From assembly GCA_030123765.1 (NCBI GenBank), contig JASJXX010000002.1, positions 459 to 64,458 of the forward strand: a DNA stretch of 64,000 nt, in the 5' to 3' direction. A program made the position numbers and the translations under genes. Within the stretch, counting starts at the first letter, position 1, and the number at the start of each line of letters is the position of its first letter. Under the pieces are notes generated by a model. The model was given only the letters and a program-made list of their open reading frames with translations, had not been told where the DNA came from and searched no databases. Origin of the DNA: Actinomycetota bacterium (lineage in GTDB: Bacteria; Actinomycetota; Acidimicrobiia; Spongiisociales; UBA5794). Below, piece by piece: positions 43,011-50,981 of the stretch.

Positions 43011-43535
43011 ATGAACCTCAGTGATATCACCATCTCGGAGCCTTCCGGGGCATCCGTCCAGCTTGCGGACGTCATTGCAAGCCCAACCGTCATAGTGCTT
43101 ACGAGGTACTTCGGCTGAGCGCCATGCCTTAAAATGCTGGCGCAGTTCGCGGCAGTTCACGACTCGATCAAGACACAGGGCGGGGCAGTCATCGGCATTG
43201 CTCCGGCGGCTCCTCATCAGGCGGAACGTCTGATGGGAACTTCCATCTCGTTCGCTCTCTACCTGGACCCCGGCCAGCTCGTGGGGGAGCGAATGGGCAT
43301 CGGAAGACAGTCCCTTGGCCGGTTCCTCTTCAACGTACCTGCGTGGGGTCGGTACACCAGCGCGCTCGTGACGAGCCGGCGCCAGGGGCGCATCACCGGG
43401 CACTACTCGAACCTGCCGGGGATCGCTGTCACCGATGCGGCCGGTGACGTCACGTACCTCTACAGAGGAACGGGGCTCGGCGACTACCCGCCGCTCGCGA
43501 CCGTCCGCTCTGAACTCGATGCTCTCACCGGCTGA
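43011..43535 (+). CDS. Peroxiredoxin-like (AhpC/TSA_2, PRXL2/SelU-type) thioredoxin-fold protein with in-frame TGA at the first redox Cys (candidate selenoprotein; alternatively a nonsense pseudogene)
   Basis: ATG 43011 opens 35 codons, then TGA at 43116-43118, and the same frame continues into the track ORF 43134-43535. The motif reads VIVLTRYFG-TGA-APC where family members have FGCxxC. Confidence 0.55.
43119..43155 (+). promoter_or_regulatory. Candidate bacterial SECIS region (two mutually exclusive hairpins)
   Basis: Hairpin A pairs GCGCCA 43119-43124 with UGGCGC 43138-43143. Hairpin B pairs CUG(G)CGC 43137-43143 with GCG(G)CAG 43149-43155, with a 5-nt loop AGUUC starting 28 nt after the U of UGA. 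Confidence 0.35.
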
Positions 43536-43881
43536 TACTCCCGCCTCCGCCCGGCCGGACCATGTACGGGGGAGACGTCGCATCGACCACCTGAAGGAAG
43601 GACCGCACACGCCCTCTCGGGCCGGTGATCGATATCATGTCGTCCGCTATGGCAGATGACATGGCGAGCCTCCGCATGCACACCTGGTAGAGCGTCGCGG
43701 TGTCGGCCGTGACGACGAGGTCAACTTCGAGGCACGGGTCGTCCAGACAGAGAGACACTTCCCCGGCATCGGCGACGATCCAGGAGCGACCGGGACGGGG
43801 TCCGCTGAGACGGAATTCCACGACAAGGCGGTCCGTTCCTGGGAGAATCATGTCCGGCATCCAGTTCTTTGAGGCCCGCAT
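43525..43881 (-). CDS. Hypothetical protein, SCP2 / MDMPI-C-like fold suspected
   Basis: It is 118 aa. The pattern LVVEFRLSGP..SWIVADAGEVSL....VDLVVTADTATLYQV..RRL....AIADDMISITGP resembles sterol-carrier-like small proteins of actinobacteria. This is similarity by eye only. Confidence 0.4.
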   Translation of the reverse strand: MRASKNWMPDMILPGTDRLVVEFRLSGPRPGRSWIVADAGEVSLCLDDPCLEVDLVVTADTATLYQVCMRRLAMSSAIADDMISITGPRGRVRSFLQVVDATSPPYMVRPGGGGSISR

Positions 43882-44042
43882 CGGAGATCAGCTCCTCCCG
43901 GTCTCCTTCTATCTGGATCTGCTGAGCCGCCACGGTTTCCGAGACATCGGCCACTTCGACATCACCCCGATCCACGCGGTGACCTACGGTCGGGCATGAC
44001 CGACAGATAACCTCGTGGACATTTCTTCCCGACTGCACCACA

Positions 44043-44528
44043 ATGGCCGTCATGGCAAGTGAGCAACAGAGCGGCAGAGTCCTCATGGTGGTTGGAACCG
44101 TGGTTGCGCTGCTGATCGGTGTAGCGGTCGTGGTCGCCATCCAACCTCCACCGGTGTTCGACCCTTCCACCCCCCAGGGCACAGCACAAGGATATTTCAA
44201 CGCCGTGCTCGACGACGACGACGATCTCGCGTTCACCTACTTCAGCGAGAACCTCGAAGAGAGATGCGACGACGACTTCCGTCGATACGACCGAACCGGT
44301 GCCGGTCGGGTCGTGATCACCCGTACCGTAACCGACGGTGACCGTGCCGAACTCGATGTAGTGATCACGGTGAGGCACAGCAGCGGTCCCTTCAGCGACG
44401 GCTCGTACGACGTCGAGGTGACGCTGGTCATGGAGCGCCACGGTGACCGGTGGCTGATCACCGAGCTTCCGTGGCCGTGGGATCTCTACCCCTGTAAATG
44501 GGAACCGGAAACTGAATCGAAAGGTTGA
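44043..44528 (+). CDS. Membrane-anchored hypothetical protein
   Basis: It has a single N-terminal TM (VLMVVGTVVALLIGVAVVVAI) followed by a soluble alpha+beta-looking domain. Its stop overlaps the TTG start of the next gene. Confidence 0.55.
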   Translation: MAVMASEQQSGRVLMVVGTVVALLIGVAVVVAIQPPPVFDPSTPQGTAQGYFNAVLDDDDDLAFTYFSENLEERCDDDFRRYDRTGAGRVVITRTVTDGDRAELDVVITVRHSSGPFSDGSYDVEVTLVMERHGDRWLITELPWPWDLYPCKWEPETESKG

Positions 44529-46279
44529 CCTTGAACATTCTGCTCGGCCTCTTCGGCCTCGCCATTCAATTCGCGATCATCGGTGGCATCGTCTTTCTCA
44601 TCGTGCGACTCGTGGCAAATCGCGACAGCGCTAGCAGCGAAGGCACAGGCATCGCGATCCGTCGCTTCTTCCAGTACACGGTCATGCTTGCGATGCTCCT
44701 GCTCACGGGTATCGGGCTCGCAGGGCTGATCAATGCTGCAGTAGCATCGACAGCGACGATTGCCCGGGGCAGCGCGTCGACCGCGCTCTGGATCTCTTTC
44801 GTCTTCGTAGGACTCCCCGTCTTCGTGGGCATGTCGATGTACACGCTGCGACGCCTCAAGGATGGCCCGCGAGAGCAGAACTCGCTTGGCTGGGCGTTCT
44901 ATCTCACGATCGCGCTCGTAGGCTCGCTCGTGACCGTGATGTCGCTGGTCGTCGCGTTCCTCGCCGAGCTGCTCGACGACCGGCGCGTCGATCGCACGAT
45001 CCTCGTCCACGCGGTGGTCTGGACCGCTGTCTGGGTGGGCCATTGGTGGGTAGCCCACCGGTGGGTCCCGAGGCACGGCGCGCGTCTCCATCTCCTCCTC
45101 GGCTCGGCTGCAGGCCTCATCGCGACGCTCACCGGTGTGATCTCGGGCCTCATCGCCGTCCTCCAACAGATTTACGACAGGATCTTCCTCGTATCGGTTC
45201 TCGGCTCCGGCCTTGAGGATCTCGTACGGCCGCTGATCATCCTCGTTGTCGGTGTTCCCGTGTGGTGGTGGTACTGGTTCCGCCACACCCGGGACGGCAC
45301 GCGAACCACACTCTGGCTCGCGTACGTGATCCTCCTTGGCATCCTCGGAGGGGCTGTCACTGCCATCTCCGGCGCCGGGATCATGCTCTTCGGTCTCCTT
45401 CAATGGATCGTGGGGGATCCGTCTTCAGCTACCGCAGCGGGCCATTTCGCTCTCCTCCCCGGAGCCTTGGGCACCATCGCCGGCGGTAGTGCCGGCTGGG
45501 CGTACCACTCACTCGTCCTGGGCAGACGCCCGCAGCAAGAGCGCTCCGAAGTCGACCGGGTCCACGACTACGTATTAGCTGGTGCGGGCCTCGCCGTCGC
45601 CGCGACCGGGATCACGACTCTCCTCAGTGTCACGCTCCGGGCACTGGGAGCACGACCGATCACCGAGTCCGGCCCGGGGGACAGCGTCGCCGTCGCTCTC
45701 ACGCTGCTGGTGATCGGTGTTCCGCTCTGGTGGCGCTACTGGTCGGCGATCCGCCGAAGCCGGGAGATGGATCTCACGGGAGAGCTCCACTCGATCACGC
45801 GACGCATCTACATCTTCCTGATCTTCGGTGTGGCGGGAATCGTGACCGTGATCAACCTCATCGTCGTCGTCTTCATCACGTTCGAGGACATTCTTGACGG
45901 GGCATTCGGGGGCGCGACTCTGAGGAGCGCAGCGGTGCCGATTCCTCTGCTCCTGACGGCGAGCGCACTCGCGTGGTACCACTTCACGGTGTTCCGCGAG
46001 GACCGCGCCGCTTTGGAGTCCGAGGATGCCGAGTCGGCGGAGGCGGAAGCGCTGGCTCCGCGCAGCGTCATCGTCGTATCTCGAGACGGTGAGGAACTCA
46101 TAGAAGCGATCAGGACTCGAACGAACGCCTCGGTGAGCTCCCTGCATGTCGTCGGCGACCGAACCGCAGCGCGCTCCCTTGAGGACGTGCTCGAAGTTCT
46201 GGCAACCGGCCAACACCAGCGGGTGATAGTCGTTCTCCGCCGGGACGACGGATACGACGTCATACCTATCGCAGAGTGA
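44525..46279 (+). CDS. Polytopic membrane protein with internal repeats and a C-terminal soluble domain
   Basis: It is 584 aa with about 12 or more TM helices. A recurring module ends in GLPVFVGMSMYTLRRLKDG, VGVPVWWWYWFRHTRDG and IGVPLWWRYWSAIRRSRE. It has a cytoplasmic tail of about 100 aa. Confidence 0.6.
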   Translation: MTLNILLGLFGLAIQFAIIGGIVFLIVRLVANRDSASSEGTGIAIRRFFQYTVMLAMLLLTGIGLAGLINAAVASTATIARGSASTALWISFVFVGLPVFVGMSMYTLRRLKDGPREQNSLGWAFYLTIALVGSLVTVMSLVVAFLAELLDDRRVDRTILVHAVVWTAVWVGHWWVAHRWVPRHGARLHLLLGSAAGLIATLTGVISGLIAVLQQIYDRIFLVSVLGSGLEDLVRPLIILVVGVPVWWWYWFRHTRDGTRTTLWLAYVILLGILGGAVTAISGAGIMLFGLLQWIVGDPSSATAAGHFALLPGALGTIAGGSAGWAYHSLVLGRRPQQERSEVDRVHDYVLAGAGLAVAATGITTLLSVTLRALGARPITESGPGDSVAVALTLLVIGVPLWWRYWSAIRRSREMDLTGELHSITRRIYIFLIFGVAGIVTVINLIVVVFITFEDILDGAFGGATLRSAAVPIPLLLTASALAWYHFTVFREDRAALESEDAESAEAEALAPRSVIVVSRDGEELIEAIRTRTNASVSSLHVVGDRTAARSLEDVLEVLATGQHQRVIVVLRRDDGYDVIPIAE

Positions 46280-46291
46280 TCCGCGAGTTGG

Positions 46292-47752
46292 CTACGCCTC
46301 GTCGACTGATGCGTTAAAGGATTCGATCATCTCGTCGATCGGATCTACCAACGCCTGAATACCCGTCCAGTAGTCCGAGTCGTACCACTGGGACTGGATC
46401 TCCTCATACGTCTTACCCTGCTGTTCGACCCACGTGTAATACTTCAGGTTGTGGACTCGCTTACGCTCGTAGTAGTCGAGCTCCTGCACATGTTGGAGGC
46501 TCTGGCCCATGAGATGCTGGTGGTAGGCGGCCGCAGCATCATGCGCCGTGAACTCGCCCCGCTCGTCGTTGAGTTCCGCCAGACGCGACCCGTACATCTC
46601 CATCGAGTCCGTCCCGACCGTCATCACGACGTCGTTCCCTGTGAGCTCGTACCACTTCGCGAACTTGATGGCCATCAACATGTTCGCGACCCCGGAGATA
46701 CCAAGGAGCGGAAGCTTCTCGATGAACGCCGCAGATGCTCCCTGGGCAGCCAGGTAGGCAAGGCCTGCAGGCTCGTTAAAGAGACGGATCAGGCTGATCG
46801 ATGACTCGTCATCGATCCCCATCACCATGTCTGTGTTGCGCACGTTGTGGATCCACGGGATGTGCTTGTCCCCGATCCCTTCTATCCGGTGCTCACCAAA
46901 GCCGTTGTAAAGCATTGTCGGGCACTCGGTCGCTTCACCCGCAACGATCTTCGAGTTCGGATACTGCTGTTTGAGGTAGTCTCCCGACGCGATCGTTCCG
47001 GCCGAGCCCGTTGTCAGGGTCACGCCGGCGAACCGGTCGAGCGGGCCCATGACCTCCCTGAGGACCTCGAACATGGCCGGGCCTGTGACCGAGTAGTGCC
47101 AGAGATAATTTCCGAACTCGTCGAACTGGTTGAAGATCACGAGATCCTCGCCCGAGACCCGCAACTCGTTGCACTTGTCGAAAATCTCTTTGACGTTCGA
47201 CTCGGTTCCCGGCGTCCTGATGATCTCGCCTGCCACGCTCTCGAGCCAATGGAACCGTTCGGCACTCATCCCTTCAGGGAGGATCGCGATCGACTCGCAC
47301 CCGAGGAGATTCGAGTCGTAGGCGCCGCCCCGACAGTAGTTGCCGGTCGAGGGCCATACAGCCTTCTGCGTTGCGGGGTCGAACTGGCCGCTGACGAGCC
47401 TCGGGACGAGGCAGCCGAACGCCGCGCCGACCTTGTGGGCGCCGGTCGGAAACCACTTTCCCTCGAGCATGATGATGCGAGCGTCAACACCGCTGACCTC
47501 GGGGGGAACTTCGAAGTAGTTCACCCCACCAAACCCTCCGCCCGAGGGTGTCGGGTCGTTGTGCCAGGTGATGCGGTACAGGTTGACGGGGTCGAGATCC
47601 CACAGCCCGACGCTGCCGAGGCGCTGCTTCACCTCTTCAGGGACCAGGCTCGGGTCCCGCATCTGCTTGAACGTCGGGATCTTGAAATTCCGCGCCTTTG
47701 CCTGGATGACGGCGGAGCGGAGAACAGACTCGTTGACGGTGAGGTCGATCAT
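46292..47752 (-). CDS. Fold-type II PLP-dependent enzyme (cysteine synthase/CBS-like core with long N- and C-terminal extensions)
   Basis: The candidate PLP-lysine segment is FPTGAHKVGAAFG, followed by WPSTGNYCRGGAYDS...AILPEGMSAERF, which parallels the PxGSxKDR...SGNxG...MPExMSxER pattern. It is 486 aa and the last gene of the carbamate-kinase operon. Confidence 0.7.
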   Translation of the reverse strand: MIDLTVNESVLRSAVIQAKARNFKIPTFKQMRDPSLVPEEVKQRLGSVGLWDLDPVNLYRITWHNDPTPSGGGFGGVNYFEVPPEVSGVDARIIMLEGKWFPTGAHKVGAAFGCLVPRLVSGQFDPATQKAVWPSTGNYCRGGAYDSNLLGCESIAILPEGMSAERFHWLESVAGEIIRTPGTESNVKEIFDKCNELRVSGEDLVIFNQFDEFGNYLWHYSVTGPAMFEVLREVMGPLDRFAGVTLTTGSAGTIASGDYLKQQYPNSKIVAGEATECPTMLYNGFGEHRIEGIGDKHIPWIHNVRNTDMVMGIDDESSISLIRLFNEPAGLAYLAAQGASAAFIEKLPLLGISGVANMLMAIKFAKWYELTGNDVVMTVGTDSMEMYGSRLAELNDERGEFTAHDAAAAYHQHLMGQSLQHVQELDYYERKRVHNLKYYTWVEQQGKTYEEIQSQWYDSDYWTGIQALVDPIDEMIESFNASVDEA

Positions 47753-47777
47753 GACGGACGGTCCTTTCCGTTGCCTC

Positions 47778-49031
47778 TCAATTGCTCAGGGCTGCTTTGA
47801 GCGCCTCGAGGTTCGGGTCGATGTACATGGGCTCGGTCCCGACCGCGGCTACAGCGCTCATGACCGAGGCAACGTCCTTGAGGCCGCTCCCGGTCGCGAG
47901 CATCACGACTCGGTCTCCGGCTCCGATGAGACCACGGTCAAGAGCCGCGACGATACCGGCGTACGGCGCAGCTCCCGCCGGTTCAGCGAAGACGCCCGAT
48001 CCGCGCGCCAACGTCGGTATTGCGGCAAGAATTTCGTCGTCTGCGACACGGAGATACGCTCCCCCCGTCTCGGTGACGGCTGCCATCGCCTTGATACGGT
48101 CACGGGGCAGATCGGCACTGATCGAGTCGGCAACAGTCTCCGCAGAGATAGGGGGCTTGGTCAGCACGTCCTCACCGCTCTCGAAGGCTTGAACGAGATA
48201 GTCACTCCCTGCGGCCTGAATGCCGAAGATACGCGGCACGCGGTCGATCCATCCGAGGGCGAAGGCATCCTTCACGGCCTTGTGGACCCCGCCGATGATC
48301 GACCCGTCGCCGACGCTCACGAAGATGGCGTCGGGGGCCTCCCATCCGAGGTCTTCGAGGATCTCGAGACCGGCGGTTTTCTTCCCCTCCGTCATGAACG
48401 GGTTGTACCCGGTATTGCGGTTGTACCAGCCGTACTCGGCGACGGCCTCCATGCAGAGTTCGAATGCGTCGGTGTACGTGCCATTGACGAGAGCGACCGT
48501 AGACCCGTACGCGAGCAACTGGGCGATCTTCGCTTCCGGCGCGGAGGAGGGGACGAATATCACGCTGCGCAGCCCGACGCTCGCCGCGATTCCGGCGAGG
48601 GCTGCTGCGGCATTCCCCGTCGACGCGGTGGTGACGACCTCCGCCGCACGCGCCTGCGCCTTGACGACGGCCATCGCCGAGGCACGGTCCTTGAGCGACG
48701 CCGTCGGCTGACGCCCCTCGTCCTTTACCCAGAGGTTCGCTATCCCGAGCCTGGCCGCGAGTGGCTTCACGTCATAGAGCGGCGTCCCTCCGATGCTGAG
48801 CGGCGGGACCACCGTGTCGCTGGCGAGCGGCATGAGCGGGAGATATCGCCACATCGTGCGATCTCGATTCTCGGCGAGTACCTCGCGCGTGAAGGTTGCT
48901 CCGATGCGCTCATAGTCGTAACGGACATCGAGTATCCCCTCGTTGCCGTGATCCGTGCAGACGTAACCTGCAAAGTCTTCCGGGTACATCGTGCCACAGA
49001 TCACGCACGCGAGTCCGATGACGTTACTCAT
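47778..49031 (-). CDS. Threonine synthase-like PLP enzyme with N-terminal zinc-ribbon
   Basis: It has the N-terminal CVICGTMY...YVC, then GGTPLY, KDEGRQPTASLKDRAS (PLP Lys) and TASTGNAAAALA. It is 417 aa and has an ATGA overlap with carbamate kinase. Confidence 0.8.
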   Translation of the reverse strand: MSNVIGLACVICGTMYPEDFAGYVCTDHGNEGILDVRYDYERIGATFTREVLAENRDRTMWRYLPLMPLASDTVVPPLSIGGTPLYDVKPLAARLGIANLWVKDEGRQPTASLKDRASAMAVVKAQARAAEVVTTASTGNAAAALAGIAASVGLRSVIFVPSSAPEAKIAQLLAYGSTVALVNGTYTDAFELCMEAVAEYGWYNRNTGYNPFMTEGKKTAGLEILEDLGWEAPDAIFVSVGDGSIIGGVHKAVKDAFALGWIDRVPRIFGIQAAGSDYLVQAFESGEDVLTKPPISAETVADSISADLPRDRIKAMAAVTETGGAYLRVADDEILAAIPTLARGSGVFAEPAGAAPYAGIVAALDRGLIGAGDRVVMLATGSGLKDVASVMSAVAAVGTEPMYIDPNLEALKAALSN

Positions 49032-49969
49032 CGAACGATCCTGGTGCCGGTCTCGCCGGCCATGGCCCGCTCGAGGTTCTCAGGATTTGTGATCAGTGCT
49101 TCGCTGCCTCCAGCCTCGAGGAACTGGACGACGGCACGCATCTTGGGGGCCATCGAACCCTCGGCGAAGTGTCCGCCCTCCTCAAGGTACGCCTTCACCT
49201 CGTCGAGCGTGAACTCATCCATCCACCGCTGATCCGGTGTACCGAAGTTGAGCGCGACCTGCTCGACTGCGGTGCAGATGAGCAGGAGATCGGCTCCGAT
49301 CTCGCTCGCCAGGAGCGCCGACGCGAGATCCTTGTCGATCACCGCCGCGATCCCTTCCAAATCTCCCTCTTCGTTCACAACGACCGGGATACCGCCGCCG
49401 CCGACGGCGATGGTGACGATTCCGGCGTCAACGAGGACCCGGATCACATCAAGTTCGACGATCCGCATCGGATGGGGGGAGGCCACGACACGACGCCAGC
49501 CGCGCCCGGCATCCTCAACGACATCCCAACCCTCCTCGTCGCGCCGGCGCACTGCCTCGTCCTCGTCCATGAAGGATCCGATTGGCTTCGTCGGCTTGTC
49601 GAACGCCGGATCGGCACGATCGACCTCGACCTGTGTGACAACCGTGACGACGCTCTTGTCGATGCCGCGCTGGCGAAAGTCGTTGACCAGGTTCTGCTGG
49701 AGCATGTACCCGATCGCGCCCTGTGTGTCAGCCCCGCAGTAATCGAGCGGGACCTCGTGAAGCTCGTTACTCGCAAGCTCGGACCGTCGCAGGATGAAAC
49801 CGATCTGGGGTCCATTGCCGTGAGAGATCACGACGTCCCACCCCTGCTCAACGAACGTTGCGATACGGTCGTCGGTCTCGGCCGCGGCTGCGTACTGGTC
49901 CTGGACCGACTGGTGCCTGGCGTCCGGGATCAGCGAATTACCGCCAATGGCGATAACGAGTCTGGGCAT
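49028..49969 (-). CDS. arcC: Carbamate kinase
   Basis: It has MPRLVIAIGGNSL and VISHGNGPQIG and is 313 aa, matching the amino-acid-kinase fold of ArcC/YqeA type. Its start overlaps the upstream stop (TAATG). Confidence 0.9.
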   Translation of the reverse strand: MPRLVIAIGGNSLIPDARHQSVQDQYAAAAETDDRIATFVEQGWDVVISHGNGPQIGFILRRSELASNELHEVPLDYCGADTQGAIGYMLQQNLVNDFRQRGIDKSVVTVVTQVEVDRADPAFDKPTKPIGSFMDEDEAVRRRDEEGWDVVEDAGRGWRRVVASPHPMRIVELDVIRVLVDAGIVTIAVGGGGIPVVVNEEGDLEGIAAVIDKDLASALLASEIGADLLLICTAVEQVALNFGTPDQRWMDEFTLDEVKAYLEEGGHFAEGSMAPKMRAVVQFLEAGGSEALITNPENLERAMAGETGTRIVR

Positions 49970-50928
49970 TACTCCCAGGCTCCGAGCACGGACGACAGCA
50001 GAGCCATGCGCATCACGACACCGTTGTAGGCCTCCTGCCAGTACCGGGCATGCTTGAGCTGGTCAACCTCCGGGAGCAGCTCGTCCATTCGCGGGAGCGA
50101 GTGGAGGATGATCGAGTCGCCCTTGGCCCGCTTCATGACCTCAGGAGTGATCTTGTAGTTGGCCGGGGTGAGGCCGTAGTCGTCGGGCCTCTCCTGAACG
50201 GAGAGGGTGTAATCGGGCTGGATGACCGGCTCCATGTAGATCACGTCGGCTTCGGCGATGACATCGTCGATGTGATCGACGACACGGTAATTCGTGCCCT
50301 TCTCGTCGAGCTCGGCAAGGAACTCCGGGAGAGGGGACATCTCCTCGGGAGCGAGGATGACCATCTCGACGTCGAATTGTGACAGGGCGTATCCGAGGGA
50401 GTGCATCGTCCGCATCCGGTGGTCACCGATGGCGACGAACGTGAGCCCGTCGATGGTGCCCTTCTCCTTCAACACGGTGTAGAGATCCGTGAGGATCTGG
50501 GTCGGATGCTCACCCCAACCGTCACCGGCGTTGATGACCGGGATTGAGCACCACTTGGCGGCCTCGTGGGGAGCACCCTGCTCAAAGTGGCGCATGACCA
50601 GGACATCGCCGTAGTACTCCAACATGTGGACCGTGTCTTTGATCGACTCCTGGTAGAAGTCGCCGGCACGCGTCATCTTGGCGTCCGAGAAGCCCGTCAC
50701 GTGACCGCCGAGGCGGTGCATCGCGGCCTCGTGGGCGAGCCGCGTCCGTGTGGAGGGCTGATAGAACGCGGTCACAAGCGTCTTGTGGGCAAGGAGATCC
50801 GTGTTTCGGCGTTCCCGGGCGATCGGCTCAAGGCGGTCGGCAATCTCGAAGAGGTGGAAGAACTCGCTCCGCTCGAAGTCCTTGAGGGAGAGAATGTCGC
50901 GTCCGGTGAAGCTACGCATGCCTGGCAT
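49969..50928 (-). CDS. ATCase-fold carbamoyltransferase with non-canonical acceptor site (not a plain PyrB)
   Basis: The carbamoyl-phosphate motifs STRTRLAHE, VMRH, GEHPTQ and the ATCase-type LHSLPRMDEL are present. The E. coli PyrB segment YMTRVQKER (Arg229, Gln231) reads YMEPVIQPD here. Confidence 0.8.
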   Translation of the reverse strand: MPGMRSFTGRDILSLKDFERSEFFHLFEIADRLEPIARERRNTDLLAHKTLVTAFYQPSTRTRLAHEAAMHRLGGHVTGFSDAKMTRAGDFYQESIKDTVHMLEYYGDVLVMRHFEQGAPHEAAKWCSIPVINAGDGWGEHPTQILTDLYTVLKEKGTIDGLTFVAIGDHRMRTMHSLGYALSQFDVEMVILAPEEMSPLPEFLAELDEKGTNYRVVDHIDDVIAEADVIYMEPVIQPDYTLSVQERPDDYGLTPANYKITPEVMKRAKGDSIILHSLPRMDELLPEVDQLKHARYWQEAYNGVVMRMALLSSVLGAWE

Positions 50929-50956
50929 CCTTTGAGTCGGCTTGGTACATTGGCCA

Positions 50957-50966
50957 TACTATAGTA
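50957..50966. promoter_or_regulatory. Perfect 10-bp palindrome TACTATAGTA in an AT-rich divergent promoter region (candidate GntR/HutC operator)
   Basis: It lies between the divergent starts at 50928 (-) and 50982 (+). It is flanked by GTACA repeats (50946-50950 and 50964-50968) and overlaps -10-like hexamers TATAGT, TACAAT and TATTAT. Confidence 0.45.
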
Positions 50967-50981
50967 CAATATTATGACCCT

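Noticed and set aside
42771-43610. A 279-aa minus-strand ORF covering the MFS 3' end and the peroxiredoxin-like gene.
   Set aside because: It is antisense to two plus-strand genes with family-level similarity and has no motifs.
43879-43911. A TGA three codons upstream of the 43525-43881 gene start, considered as a second possible Sec codon.
   Set aside because: A TAG follows seven codons further upstream, and the short intervening peptide has no similarity or redox motif. It is an ordinary upstream stop.
43850-43999. A plus-strand tail, MSGIQFFEARIGDQLLPVSFYLDLLSRHGFRDIGHFDITPIHAVTYGRA, resembling the C-terminus of a SAM-methyltransferase.
   Set aside because: Only about 49 codons are present, and no methyltransferase motifs I-III lie upstream, since that region is antisense to the 43525-43881 gene. 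At best this is a gene relic, and it is too weak to call.
49969-50928. A simple annotation as aspartate carbamoyltransferase PyrB.
   Set aside because: The aspartate-binding Arg229/Gln231 segment is not conserved, there is no pyr operon context, and the gene is coupled to carbamate kinase. It is therefore called an ATCase-fold enzyme of unknown acceptor.
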